Assembly (NCBI GenBank): GCA_965223155.1
Contig: CBDCVR010000013.1
Location: 918,659-982,658 of the forward strand
Length of the DNA: 64,000 bases
Direction: 5' to 3'
Source: Candidatus Multivoradales bacterium
GTDB lineage: Bacteria > Acidobacteriota > Thermoanaerobaculia > Multivoradales > JAHEKO01
Shown here: positions 1 through 9,536 of the stretch, in pieces
Layout of the letters: each line of letters starts with the position of its first letter
Numbering within the stretch: the first letter of the stretch is position 1
Program-made: the position numbers and the translations under genes
The notes under the pieces: model-generated
Databases searched by the model: none
Told to the model about the DNA's origin: nothing
What the model saw: the letters and a program-made list of their open reading frames with translations, nothing else

Positions 1-996
1 CTCCAGAGCCAAGCGGTCCGAAACGGCGACGCCGCTAGCCGTCGCCGCGCGCTCGGCCCAGGTTCGGGCTTGGCCGACTTTGTCGGTCGCCAAGACACCG
101 ACGCTCGGGTCGTCGGCGAAAACGTTGCCGTCCGGCACCGCCAGCCGGTCGGTCAGGAAGAGCCCGCCGAGGACCAAAATCGCCCCCAGGGCCAGGGCGG
201 CGAGCCGGGTCGGCGTCGCCAGGCCGCGGCCGGCGAAGGCCACGGCCAGGGCCACCGGCGCGAGATAGGGCTCCTGCGCCACGGCCGCGCCGAGCAGAAT
301 CCCGGCCAGGAGCCAGGCCGGAGCCGGTAGCGCCGCGGATCCCAGATCCACGAAGATCTCGGGTAGAGGGCCGCTGGGAAGCGCCCCCCAACGCAGGATC
401 ACGTAGGCGGCGAGCAGGGCGGCCGCCACCAGGAGCTCGGGCCAGGCCGACCGGGCATAGGCGGCGAGCGGCGTTCCGGCGAGGACGGCGACGGCCCAGA
501 GGGGCGCCGAGGATGGGTTCTCGGCTCGGAGCCAATAGGCCAGAAGCCAACCCAGGAACACCAGAAGAGCGGCGTTTAACAACAACATCCCTCGCTCCGG
601 GGCCACCAGGGCCAAGGGCGCGGCCGCCAGGGCGAACGGGAGGGGCCGGTAGTAGCGAAGCTCGGGCTCGGCGGTTTCGGAGCCAGCGCTTCCGCCCGAG
701 GCCAGGCGAACCTGGAGATCTTCGGGCCAGCCTTCGTCCGCGGCCGCCGCCTTCTCCAAGAAGCGCTCGCGGTCCTCTTGGGTGTAGGCAAGATCGCCGT
801 CCCGCGCGAGGCTTTCGGCCTGAAGGTACGCGGTCGCCTCTTGGTCTCCGCGAGGCGTCGGATCCACGACCAGCGAGGCGCCGACGGCGGCTACTAGGAG
901 CGCCGCCAGGAGCAGCCAGCCAAGGGCCTGGCTCAGGACCTGGTTCGGAGCCTGGCTCGCAGATGGGCCCGCTAGCTTCTTGACGAGTTCTTGCAC
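1..996 (-). CDS. Polytopic membrane protein, function unknown (3' end runs off the window)
   Basis: My own translation of the minus strand from GTG at 996 stays open to position 1 and is therefore missing from the ORF track. The product is hydrophobic (LGWLLLAALLVAAVGASL, MLLLNAALLVFLGWLLAYWL, LLAGILLGAAVAQEPYLAPVALAVAF). It lies directly downstream of the GT4 gene on the same strand. The exact start is uncertain. Confidence 0.55.
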   Translation of the reverse strand, partial: MQELVKKLAGPSASQAPNQVLSQALGWLLLAALLVAAVGASLVVDPTPRGDQEATAYLQAESLARDGDLAYTQEDRERFLEKAAAADEGWPEDLQVRLASGGSAGSETAEPELRYYRPLPFALAAAPLALVAPERGMLLLNAALLVFLGWLLAYWLRAENPSSAPLWAVAVLAGTPLAAYARSAWPELLVAAALLAAYVILRWGALPSGPLPEIFVDLGSAALPAPAWLLAGILLGAAVAQEPYLAPVALAVAFAGRGLATPTRLAALALGAILVLGGLFLTDRLAVPDGNVFADDPSVGVLATDKVGQARTWAERAATASGVAVSDRLALE

Positions 997-1024
997 GGTG
1001 ACGACGGGCGGCTTGCCGGCTCGA

Positions 1025-2630
1025 TCAGTCGTACTCGCCGACCCAGGACGGGCCGCCCAGGCCGGCCAGCCCCGAGATGAACTCGACGTGCGGCTCGATC
1101 ACCAGGAACCGGCTCTGTCGAGGACGGCGCAAGGCGAAGCGGAAGGTGTAGGCGTCTCCGGTGTCCAGACGCCGCGGCAGCTCTTCTTGCAGATCCACGA
1201 GCGCGTCACCGCCTCGCTCGCTTCGCCACTCGACCCCCAGGAGCACGCCACCGGGCTTGTCCTTCGTCGCCAGCCAGCGCGCCCGACCGGTGTTGGTCAG
1301 CGTGACCTCGAGCTCGCGCCGCGCGCCCTCGGGCCAATCGGCGTCGGCGCCCGAGACCGCGATCTCGCCGGGGAGCTCACACCAGAGAAGCGAGGTGGGC
1401 GGCGCCACCTTGGCTTCGCGCTCGGGCGGCGGCTCGAGCCCAGCCAGCTCAGAGGCCGCGGCCACCACGGCCTCGGCCGCCCGGCGCGGGTCGTGGGTCT
1501 CGGCGACGTAGGCCCTTGCCCGCTCCCCCATCTGGGCAAGCCGCTCAGGCTCGGCCAGGATCTCGCCGGCGGTCGCCGCCAGGGCCTCGGCTTCGCCCTC
1601 CCCCAGTGGCACGTGAACCACGATGTCCGGCGACAGCTCCCGGAACTGGGCGTAGTCGGAGACGATCGTGGGCCGGCCGAGGGCCAGCACCCGAAGCAGC
1701 GAGGCCGAGGTCTCGCCCGCGGTCGGATACCGGAGGTTGATACAGAGGTCGCAGGCCGCGATCGCGGTGCCGAACTCGGCATAGGGCAGAAAGCCGGTGA
1801 CGTGAACGCGGTCGGCGACTCCGAGGTCCGAGGCCCTCTCTTCCAGGCCCATCCCCGCCGAGACTTCTCCGGCGATCACCAGATGGGCGTCTTCGAGGCC
1901 GGGCTGGGCCAGCGCCTCGATCGCCACCGCCGTACGCTTGATCGGCGTCTGGAATCCGAAGGAACCCAGGAGCGGCCGGTCTCCGGGCAGACCGTGACGC
2001 TCGCGGAACGCGGCGGCGGCGTCCGCGCCCTCCGGCTCGGGCAGGGGAACGCCCATGGGCACGACCCGGACGGCGACGTCCGGGTTCTCTTCGAGCACCT
2101 GATCGGCAGCCCAGCGGCTATGGACCAACACTCCCCGCTGGGAGCGCACCAGGGTGCGGTGCGCCGGCAGCTCGAACATGGCGGCGCTCGAAAGCTCACC
2201 CCAGGCCCTGGCCTTGGCGGTCAGCCGGCCGATCCAGCCGTGATCGGCTTCCAGCCGTTCGGCATAGGCGTCGAAGTCGCCGTGCGCCAGCGTGGCCTCG
2301 ATCAGGAGGTGGTGGAGGACGACGTCATGGAGCGTCACCACGCCCGGAATCTCGAGGGCCAGGCACAGAACCTCCTCGTGGTGCGGGTTGTTGCCCATCT
2401 GGAAGAGCGGCAGCCGGCCGTCTTCCCCGAGCCGATCCGCCTCGACCGGGGCGTAGGTCGCCACCATCTCGTCCGAGACCTCCTGGCCGGGAAGCCTCAC
2501 CACCCGGACGTCGGCCAGGTCGGCCAGCGCAGCTAGTAGGTCGCGGCTGTAGTCGGCGATGCCCGAGCGCACCGGCGGCAGCGGTGAGACGTAATCGAGC
2601 GAAAGCGAGCGGTCGGCGGAGTCGGACATG
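1025..2630 (-). CDS. Glycosyltransferase family 4 (GT1-fold) with an extra C-terminal domain of about 115 aa
   Basis: Track ORF 1025..2842 trimmed to the internal ATG at 2630 (MSDSADRSLSLDYVSPLPPVRSGIADYSRDLL, a typical GT4 N-terminus). The longer form would overlap prfB. The C-terminal part (ELEVTLTNTGRARWLATKD...YTFRFALRRP) looks like a beta-sandwich add-on. Confidence 0.75.
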
Positions 2631-2636
2631 TCTCGG

Positions 2637-3759
2637 CTAGGAGCCCGTCGCGGAGCTGGCGGCGCTCGAATCGATTTGGCTTTCCAGCAGGGCTTCGATG
2701 AATGGGTCGATGCCCCCGTCCAGAACTTTCTGCGTGTCCCCCACTTCAGCCTTGGTGCGGTGGTCCTTGACCATGCGATACGGGTGCAGGACGTAGCTTC
2801 GAATCTGGCTGCCCCAGGCGATATCCAACTTCTCGCCCTCACGCTCGGCCTGCTCTTCGCGCCGCTTCTGCATCTCCAGGTCGTACAGCCGGGCTTTCAG
2901 GATCTTCATCGCGGTCGCCCGGTTCTTGATCTGGCTGCGCTCGTTCTGGCAGGCCACGACGATGTTGGTCGGCATGTGGGTGATGCGCACGGCGGACTCG
3001 GTCTTGTTGACGTGCTGGCCGCCGGCGCCCGAGGCTCGGTAGGTGTCGATGCGGAGGTCCTTGTCCTCGATGTCGATCTCGACGTCGTCGTCCACCTCGG
3101 GATAGACGTAGACCGAGGCGAAGGACGTGTGCCGGCGGTTCTGGGAGTCGAACGGGCTGATCCGTACCAGCCGGTGCACGCCGCTCTCGCCCTTCAAGTA
3201 GCCGTAGGCGTAGTCGCCGCGCACCGCCACGGTGGCGCTCTTGATCCCGGCCTCTTCGCCGTCCAGGCGCTCCAGAAGCTGGATCTCGTAGCCGTGCTCC
3301 TCGCCCCAGCGCAGGTACATGCGCAGCAGCATCTCGGCCCAGTCCTGGGACTCGGTGCCGCCGGCGCCGGGATGAATCGCCACCAGTGCCGCCTTCTCGT
3401 CGTCCGGCCCGGAGAGCTTCAGCAGCAGCTCCAGCTCCTGGATCTCGGTGTCGATACGCGCCAGGAAGGCCTCGGCCTCGGCGTCCATCTCGCCCTCGGC
3501 CAAGAGCTCGCGCCAGGTGGCCAGCTCTTCGCCGTCAGTGCGAAGCTTGTCCAGGGTCTCGATCCGCCGCTCCAGACCGCGGCGGCGCCTCAGAGTCGTT
3601 GCGCTTTGCTTGGGGTCGTCCCAGAAGCCGGGCGCTTCCATCTCGCGATCGATGGCAGCGATCTCGTGCTCGAGGCCGGTATCCTCAAAGATACCCCCTG
3701 AGCAGCTCGAGGCGGCTTGCCAGCTGCTCCATGTGTTGCTGCGTTTCGATCGGAATCAT
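2637..3759 (-). CDS. prfB: Peptide chain release factor 2, translated via a programmed +1 frameshift
   Basis: SPF tripeptide (RISPFDSQ) and GGQ (ASGAGGQHVNK) are present in ORF 2637..3641. The N-terminal 24 codons (MIPIETQQHMEQLASRLELLRGYL) lie in ORF 3685..3870 and end at an in-frame TGA. Frame 0 (3759..3688) plus the +1 frame (3686..2637) gives about 373 aa. Confidence 0.95.
3684..3699 (-). promoter_or_regulatory. prfB +1 frameshift cassette: AGGGGG-TAT-CTT-TGA-G
   Basis: The minus strand reads AGGGGGTATCTTTGAG: an internal SD-like AGGGGG (3694-3699), slippery CTT (3688-3690) and in-frame TGA (3685-3687). This is the same architecture as the E. coli prfB autoregulatory site. Confidence 0.9.
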
Positions 3760-5354
3760 GACGCGTCCCGGCTGTTCTCTCGGGCCTCCTCCTGACGACT
3801 GGACCGGATCGAAGCCCGACGCAATATAGCAAAGGCCACCACCAGCCAGGCCACGACCGGAACCGCCCACGGAGCCCTAGAATAAGGGCTCAGGCGCTCG
3901 CGGCCGACGACCGATTCGGTGATCGTGCCGAGCTCCCCGACGCCCAGTTGGCGCCGCACCGAGCCGTCCGCGTCAATGACTACCGAAACGCCCGTGATCG
4001 CGGCCCGGAGAAGCACTCGCCGGTTCTCGGCGGCCCGGAAGCGGGCCGCCCGCAGATGCTGCCAGGGAGCCCAGGTGTCCCCGTACCAGGCGTCGTTGGT
4101 GACCGTGGCCAGAAGTGTCGCGCCCCTCTGGACCTTGCCGGCCACGCTCGACGGGAAGATGACTTCGAAGCAGATCGACACTCCGATCGCCTCCTCGCCC
4201 CAGGCCACGTTGCCGGCGGCCTCGCCCTTCGAAAAATCCCCGGCCGCCCGAGCCAAACGCTGTAGGAACGGTAGCGCGCCGTCGAAGGGGACGTACTCGC
4301 CGAAGGGCACCAGGTGCTGCTTGTCGTAGCGTCCGACGGTCCCGAGCTCGTCGCCCGGTTCGACCAGCAGAGCGGCGTTGAAGTGCTCGCCGGCCCGGTC
4401 TCCCCGACCCTCGAAGGGCGAGTTCAAGAGTACCGAACAACCGCCCTCGCCCAGGCGGGCGAGATCGGCGCGCAGGTGCGGGTGCCGCTCGTAGGCGTAG
4501 GGCCAGACCGCGCTCTCGGGCCAGAGCAGAAGCGTGTCCGGCCGGCAGGCGGGCGAAGATTGCTCAAAGATCTTGGCGTAGTTGCGCTGGACCGTCGCCG
4601 GATCGTAGGCCGTGGCGTTGGGAATATTCGGCTGGAGCACGGCGACCGCAACCGGCTGGCGGGCCGCGCTGCCGCCACCGCTCCGAGCGTGGCGAGTGCC
4701 GGCAGTCTCGAGATGATGGTCCCGCGCCGCCACCGAAGCCAGCGCCGCGATCGCGAGCGCCGTCCAGACCGGCAGCCGCCAGCTTCGGCCCCTGAGGCCG
4801 TGGGCGATGGCGACATTGCCGGCCACTAGCAGGGCCGAGACACCATGGACGCCCAGCCAGGAGCTTGCCGCCAGCATTCCGGGAACGTCCAGCGCGGCGT
4901 AGCCGGCCAGATTCCACGGAAAGCCGGTAAAGACCCAGCCGCGAAGTAGCTCGGTCACGACCCACAGAGCCGGCAAGACGGCGAGTGCCCGAGCCGTTGC
5001 TCTGCGTCCACCCAGCAGCCAAGCGCCCAGGCCGGCGAAAAGCGCCGGGTACACGGCAAGGTACCCGGCAAGGAGCACGAGCGCAATCCAGGCCAGCGCC
5101 GGCGACAGGCCGCCGTAGGTGTCAACGGTCGCCGGGATCCAGGCCATCGAGGTCGCCCAAAAGGAGAGTCCGAAGAGCCAGCCGGACAGCACCGGCCGGC
5201 GACCTTCCAGGAGCAGGATGAGGGGCACCAACGCCAGCCAGGGAACGACCACCAGCGGCTCGGGCGCGAAGCAAAGCGCCCACAGAGCGCCCGCGGCCAG
5301 GGCGACCGCGGCACGGCACGCCGCCGAGAACCAGGAGGAACGTCGCTTGGTCAT
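3756..5354 (-). CDS. lnt: Apolipoprotein N-acyltransferase
   Basis: Multi-TM N-terminus followed by a CN-hydrolase domain (VAVLQPNIPN, WPESAVW, YDKQHLVPFGEYVPF, ICFEVIFPS, TNDAWYGDT). Its stop overlaps the prfB ATG as ATGA at 3756-3759. Confidence 0.9.
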   Translation of the reverse strand: MTKRRSSWFSAACRAAVALAAGALWALCFAPEPLVVVPWLALVPLILLLEGRRPVLSGWLFGLSFWATSMAWIPATVDTYGGLSPALAWIALVLLAGYLAVYPALFAGLGAWLLGGRRATARALAVLPALWVVTELLRGWVFTGFPWNLAGYAALDVPGMLAASSWLGVHGVSALLVAGNVAIAHGLRGRSWRLPVWTALAIAALASVAARDHHLETAGTRHARSGGGSAARQPVAVAVLQPNIPNATAYDPATVQRNYAKIFEQSSPACRPDTLLLWPESAVWPYAYERHPHLRADLARLGEGGCSVLLNSPFEGRGDRAGEHFNAALLVEPGDELGTVGRYDKQHLVPFGEYVPFDGALPFLQRLARAAGDFSKGEAAGNVAWGEEAIGVSICFEVIFPSSVAGKVQRGATLLATVTNDAWYGDTWAPWQHLRAARFRAAENRRVLLRAAITGVSVVIDADGSVRRQLGVGELGTITESVVGRERLSPYSRAPWAVPVVAWLVVAFAILRRASIRSSRQEEARENSRDAS

Positions 5355-5437
5355 GACGGGAGCGGTCCGGGCCGAACCCGATCGCCGGCCAGCACCGGCC
5401 TCAGGCCCCGCGGCGGGTTCCCGGTGAGCAGGTCAGG

Positions 5438-6292
5438 CTAGCTGGCTCCGTGCGTGATCCAGGTATCCAGCTTGAAAGCCCTGCGCACGCGATCCGCGAC
5501 CTCCTGGGCCTGGTCCGGATCCAAATAGGGCCCGATCCGAACCCGGTGGAGCGTTCGCCCTTCGACGTCAACCGGCGACAGGACCGCCGGATAGCCGCCG
5601 TCGCGCAGCCTCTGCACCACCCGCCGGGCCTGCGCCTCGTCGGTCGAAGAAAAGACCTGGATCACCAGCTCGTTCGTGGCGCTGGCGGGCGCGCTCGCTT
5701 CCGAGATGCGCACGGAGCCGGTCGCGCCCGTTCCGCCTGTCCCGGCAACAGAGCTTGGCGCCGGTTCGTCAGCGGCATCGATCACGCGATCCGCGACCCG
5801 CTCGGGCGTCAGATCCTCCAGGAAGGTCGAAGGCGGCGCCGAGCGGTCGCTGCCGCCGTCTTCGATGATGACCGGAACCTCTTCGGAGCCGGCGGCCTGG
5901 TCCTGTGCCCCGGAGTCGCGGGGACGGCGGCGGCGGCGCGGCCGGTCTCGCTGCTCCGAGCCCGCGACCGCGTCTTGCTCGGACGGGGTGACGGCGGCAC
6001 CACCAGCAGGGTCCTCTGAGCCAGCCGAGCCCGTCGAGCTCGTCGAGCCCGTCGAGCCAGCACTCCGGTCGCGGTTGAAAAAGTCCAGCTCGCCAATGGC
6101 TTCGTCGCCGACCTCGGGGGCGGCGGCGATGACCTGGGTCGAGGATGCGCTCATCGAACCGTCGTCGCGGCCCAGCCAGACGCCGCCCAGGAACGCCCCC
6201 ACGATGCACAGCAGCAGGACGACGAAGATCGTCATCACCTGCCGGTTGGTCAGCGCGATCTCGTAGTAGCTTTGTCCGGTTCCCTGGCTCAA
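5438..6292 (-). CDS. SPOR domain-containing membrane-anchored protein
   Basis: TTG start preceded by GGAGG, one N-terminal TM helix, a low-complexity Ser/Gly/Thr/Asp linker, and a C-terminal SPOR-like domain (VIQVFSSTDEAQARRVVQRLRDGGYPAVLSPV...HRVRIGPY). Confidence 0.75.
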   Translation of the reverse strand: MSQGTGQSYYEIALTNRQVMTIFVVLLLCIVGAFLGGVWLGRDDGSMSASSTQVIAAAPEVGDEAIGELDFFNRDRSAGSTGSTSSTGSAGSEDPAGGAAVTPSEQDAVAGSEQRDRPRRRRRPRDSGAQDQAAGSEEVPVIIEDGGSDRSAPPSTFLEDLTPERVADRVIDAADEPAPSSVAGTGGTGATGSVRISEASAPASATNELVIQVFSSTDEAQARRVVQRLRDGGYPAVLSPVDVEGRTLHRVRIGPYLDPDQAQEVADRVRRAFKLDTWITHGAS

Positions 6293-6360
6293 GGGCTAAA
6301 GTGCCTCCAAGAAAGAAAGTTTAGCCCGCTTCGCGGCCGCTGTCAGGTCCCCGGAACGAC

Positions 6361-7110
6361 CTACTTCCCGCGATCCAGAAACGCCTTGAACAGGTCGATC
6401 GGAATCGGGAACAGAACCGTCGAGTTCTTCTCCGAGGCAATCTCGGTCAGCGTCTGAAGATAGCGAAGCTGGAGGGTCGTCGGGTTGGTGCTGATGGTGT
6501 CGGCGGCGGCGGCCAGCTGCTGGGAGGCCTGGAGCTCGCCGTCGGCGTGAATGATCTTGGCTCGCTTCTCACGCTCCGCTTCGGCCTGCCGGGCCATGGC
6601 CCGCTGCATCTCTTGCGGCAGATCGACGTGCTTGACCTCGACCGCGGAAACCTTGATACCCCAGGGGTCGGTCTGCGAGTCGATGATCGACTGCAGTTCT
6701 TCGTTGAGCTTCTCCCGCTCGGAGAGAAGCTCGTCGAGCTCGGCCTGGCCCAGCACCGAACGCAAAGTGGTCTGGGCGATCTGGCTGGTGGCGACGAGGT
6801 AGTTCTCCACCTCGACCACCGCCTTGGCCGGATCCACGACCCGGAAGTAGACCACCGCGTTGACCTTGACCGAGACGTTGTCGCGGGTGATGACGTCTTG
6901 TGACGGCACGTCGTGGACGATGGTCCTCAGGGAGACCTTCACCATCTTCTCGATCGGGTAGAAGACGAAGACGAGACCCGGCCCCTTGGGTTTCGACGAC
7001 AGACGGCCGAGCCAGAAGGTCACCGCCCGCTCGTACTCGTTCAAGATGTTGACCCAGCGGGAGAATAGAAATATCGCGATTGCGACCAAGGCGATCAATC
7101 CGTAGCTCAT
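6361..7110 (-). CDS. SPFH/band-7 (stomatin-like) protein
   Basis: Internal start [16 protein letters not shown] at 7110, with an ATGA overlap with the nfeD stop. Typical stomatin core ([44 protein letters not shown], coiled [10 protein letters not shown]). Confidence 0.9.
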   Translation of the reverse strand: MSYGLIALVAIAIFLFSRWVNILNEYERAVTFWLGRLSSKPKGPGLVFVFYPIEKMVKVSLRTIVHDVPSQDVITRDNVSVKVNAVVYFRVVDPAKAVVEVENYLVATSQIAQTTLRSVLGQAELDELLSEREKLNEELQSIIDSQTDPWGIKVSAVEVKHVDLPQEMQRAMARQAEAEREKRAKIIHADGELQASQQLAAAADTISTNPTTLQLRYLQTLTEIASEKNSTVLFPIPIDLFKAFLDRGK

Positions 7111-8522
7111 AGCAACTCCTCTTGCTCCGATAATTCCGGTTCGGGCATGGCCCCGGCAGCGGGCCGTACCCGCAGGGTCATGCCGTCGACGTCCTCGACC
7201 ACGATCTCGGCGCCGTCGGCGACGGGCACTTCGGCCACCGCCGTCCACAGCTCGCCGTGAACGAATACCCTGCCCTTGGCGCCGTGGGGACCGACTTCAC
7301 TTCGCGCCACGCCCCGCTTGTTGACCAGGCCTTCGGAGCCCGTGGTCACCTGGGACCGGTGAGCCCGAATCGCCATCGACATCAGCGACCCAACCACCAG
7401 CGCCGAGAACAAGACCACCGCGGCGATGACGTCGAGCCCCACCCGCACCGCCGGATCCACCGACTTGAAAAGCATCAACGAGCCCAGGGCCAACGCCACC
7501 AGGCCGGCCACGGTCAGAAGCCCGTAGCTGGTGACCTTGACCTCGGCGATGAAAAAGATCATCGCCAGCAGAATCAAGGCGATGCCGGCGTAGTTGACCG
7601 GCAGCACCGACATCGCGAAGAAGGCCAGGATCAGGCAGATGGCGCCAATCACCCCGGGCAGTACCGCGCCGGGGTTGGAGAGCTCGAAGTACAGTCCCAG
7701 GCCGCCGAGGGTCATCAGGATGTAGGCGATGTTGGGATGCGCCAGGGCCGACAGCAGCCGCTGGAATCCCGACATCTCGTGCCGTTCGATGAGAGCCCCC
7801 GCGGTTGCTAGCGTTCCGGCGGCGTCGGCCCGACCGATCTCGCGACCGTCGATCGCCTGAAGCAGCGACGACAGGTCGTCCGCCATCAGGTCGATCAAGC
7901 CGTTCTCGAGCGCCTCTTCGGCGGTGAACGAACGGCTCTCGACCACCGCCGCCTCGGCCAGCTCTTCGTTGCGGCCGTTGCTGGCCGCGAGCGACCGGAT
8001 CGTCGCAGCCGCGTCCTGCTCGACCTTGTCCGCCATGACGCCTTCGATCTCCTCACCCGAACCGGCCACCGGATGGGCGGCGCCGGTGTTGGTGCCAGGC
8101 GCCATGGCGGCGACGTCGGCCGCCATCACCAGGAAGAAACCGGCCGAGGCCGCCTGCGCGCCCGACGGCGAGACGTAGACCACCACCGGCACTTCCGAGC
8201 CGAGCATGGCGGTGAAGATCTCGCGGGTCGAGGTCAGAAGACCGCCCGGAGTCGAGAGCTCCAGTACCAGCGCCCGGGCGTCCATTCGCTCGGCCGCGTC
8301 GATGGACTCCTGGACGAACTCGGCCGCGGGCGGATGGATGATGGAATTCACCCGGATGGCGAGGACGGGCCCGGTCGCCTCGCGCGACTCCGGAAGCTCG
8401 CCCTCGGCCCGGGCGATCAGGGACACCAGCGGCGTTCCCAGGATCACCGCCAGTGCGGTGGCCGCAAGCCGGCGCCGGTTCCCAGCCGCCCGAAGGCGGG
8501 ATCTGCAACGCGGCACACCCAT
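7107..8522 (-). CDS. NfeD-family membrane-bound ClpP-class serine protease
   Basis: Track ORF 7107..9350 trimmed to ATG 8522 ([10 protein letters not shown]...). Contains a ClpP-like domain ([29 protein letters not shown]), central TM helices and a C-terminal NfeD beta-barrel ([13 protein letters not shown]). It has the classical pairing with the downstream SPFH gene. Confidence 0.85.
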   Translation of the reverse strand: MGVPRCRSRLRAAGNRRRLAATALAVILGTPLVSLIARAEGELPESREATGPVLAIRVNSIIHPPAAEFVQESIDAAERMDARALVLELSTPGGLLTSTREIFTAMLGSEVPVVVYVSPSGAQAASAGFFLVMAADVAAMAPGTNTGAAHPVAGSGEEIEGVMADKVEQDAAATIRSLAASNGRNEELAEAAVVESRSFTAEEALENGLIDLMADDLSSLLQAIDGREIGRADAAGTLATAGALIERHEMSGFQRLLSALAHPNIAYILMTLGGLGLYFELSNPGAVLPGVIGAICLILAFFAMSVLPVNYAGIALILLAMIFFIAEVKVTSYGLLTVAGLVALALGSLMLFKSVDPAVRVGLDVIAAVVLFSALVVGSLMSMAIRAHRSQVTTGSEGLVNKRGVARSEVGPHGAKGRVFVHGELWTAVAEVPVADGAEIVVEDVDGMTLRVRPAAGAMPEPELSEQEELL

Positions 8523-8563
8523 CGGGCTCAGTATATCGATCGTATCGGGCGCCCAGCAGTCCG

Positions 8564-9511
8564 TTAGGGGTCGGCGCCGTTTTCGATCCATTCGACGATG
8601 CCCGCGATCTCGGCGCCAGTCAGAAAGGGCCCACCCAAAGGCATCCGGCCGCCCACCGGAGTGCCGCCCCGGAGCTTCCGCACGAGATAGCTGCGCTCGG
8701 GGTCCCTGGGCCGCACCCGCAAGAGCGGCGCTTGCCGCGCCGGCGCCTCGACCAGGTTGGCGTAGGCCTCGCCCGCGATCAGGACCAGGCCCTCCTCGGC
8801 GGTGGCCGGATCGTGGCAACCGCTGACGCCACAACGGGGAGCGAGGATCCGCGCCTCGATCTCGGGAAATGTCGTTGGCGCATCGCCGGCGGCGCAGCTC
8901 GCGAACGCCCGAAACTCGGTCTTGCGGCGAGCCATGTCGAGACAGACGGTCAGCCCGGTCCCGGCCGGAAGAGCGGCGCCCAGGGGTTCGACGCTGACGG
9001 TCACCAGCGAACCCGCCGCCAGGCTCCGCGCGAAGAGCTTGGCGCCCCGAAAGGCGTCGTCCGGCGTCCGGGTCAAGGCCAGGCGGAACCGCTTGCGGAC
9101 GCGTCCGGTTTCGGACGAGAGCACGGTCGCCCGGACGACTACTTGCCGGGGCAGAGCGGCCTGCTGCTGCCCGGCACGCGCCGGCCGCTCCAACCGGCCC
9201 GAGAGCTGGACGAACCGGCCGGCCAGCTCGACCTTGGCCGGAACCAGCCAGCTCGCGACCACCCGCTCGGCGCCCTCGTCGAGGGACGCCGGCAGGCGCA
9301 CCGCGATCTCGACCGGCCGCCGGGCCGCGGGATCCGGAATCAAGACGCAACCGCCTAGGAATCCGAGGGCCAAGAGCGACGACGCGACGCGAGTCGCCCC
9401 CCAGAGCGCCGCCGCCCGAAGGGCGAACGCTCGGGAGGCCGCTCGGGCGGCTCGGGGGGTTCGGGGGGCGCGGAGCAGCGCCGTGCGGACCGGGCCGGAC
9501 GGTCTCGACAT
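8564..9511 (-). CDS. Lipoprotein with a C-terminal PSCyt1-like (planctomycete cytochrome c-like) domain
   Basis: Lipobox LGFLGGC. The C-terminus FPEIEARILAPRCGVSGCHDP...SYLVRKL...MPLGGPFLTGAEIAGIVEWIENGA resembles the PSCyt1 layout but carries C-x4-CH instead of CxxCH. Confidence 0.55.
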   Translation of the reverse strand: MSRPSGPVRTALLRAPRTPRAARAASRAFALRAAALWGATRVASSLLALGFLGGCVLIPDPAARRPVEIAVRLPASLDEGAERVVASWLVPAKVELAGRFVQLSGRLERPARAGQQQAALPRQVVVRATVLSSETGRVRKRFRLALTRTPDDAFRGAKLFARSLAAGSLVTVSVEPLGAALPAGTGLTVCLDMARRKTEFRAFASCAAGDAPTTFPEIEARILAPRCGVSGCHDPATAEEGLVLIAGEAYANLVEAPARQAPLLRVRPRDPERSYLVRKLRGGTPVGGRMPLGGPFLTGAEIAGIVEWIENGADP

Positions 9512-9536
9512 GGGACCACCCTACCCTAGCCGCCGG

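Noticed and set aside
980-2536. 518-aa plus-strand ORF
   Set aside because: It is antisense to the GT4 gene. The product is Arg/Gly/Pro/Leu-rich with no motifs, a typical high-GC shadow ORF.
8523-9350. N-terminal 276 codons of track ORF 7107..9350
   Set aside because: This part overlaps the upstream lipoprotein gene out of frame. NfeD homology starts after ATG 8522.
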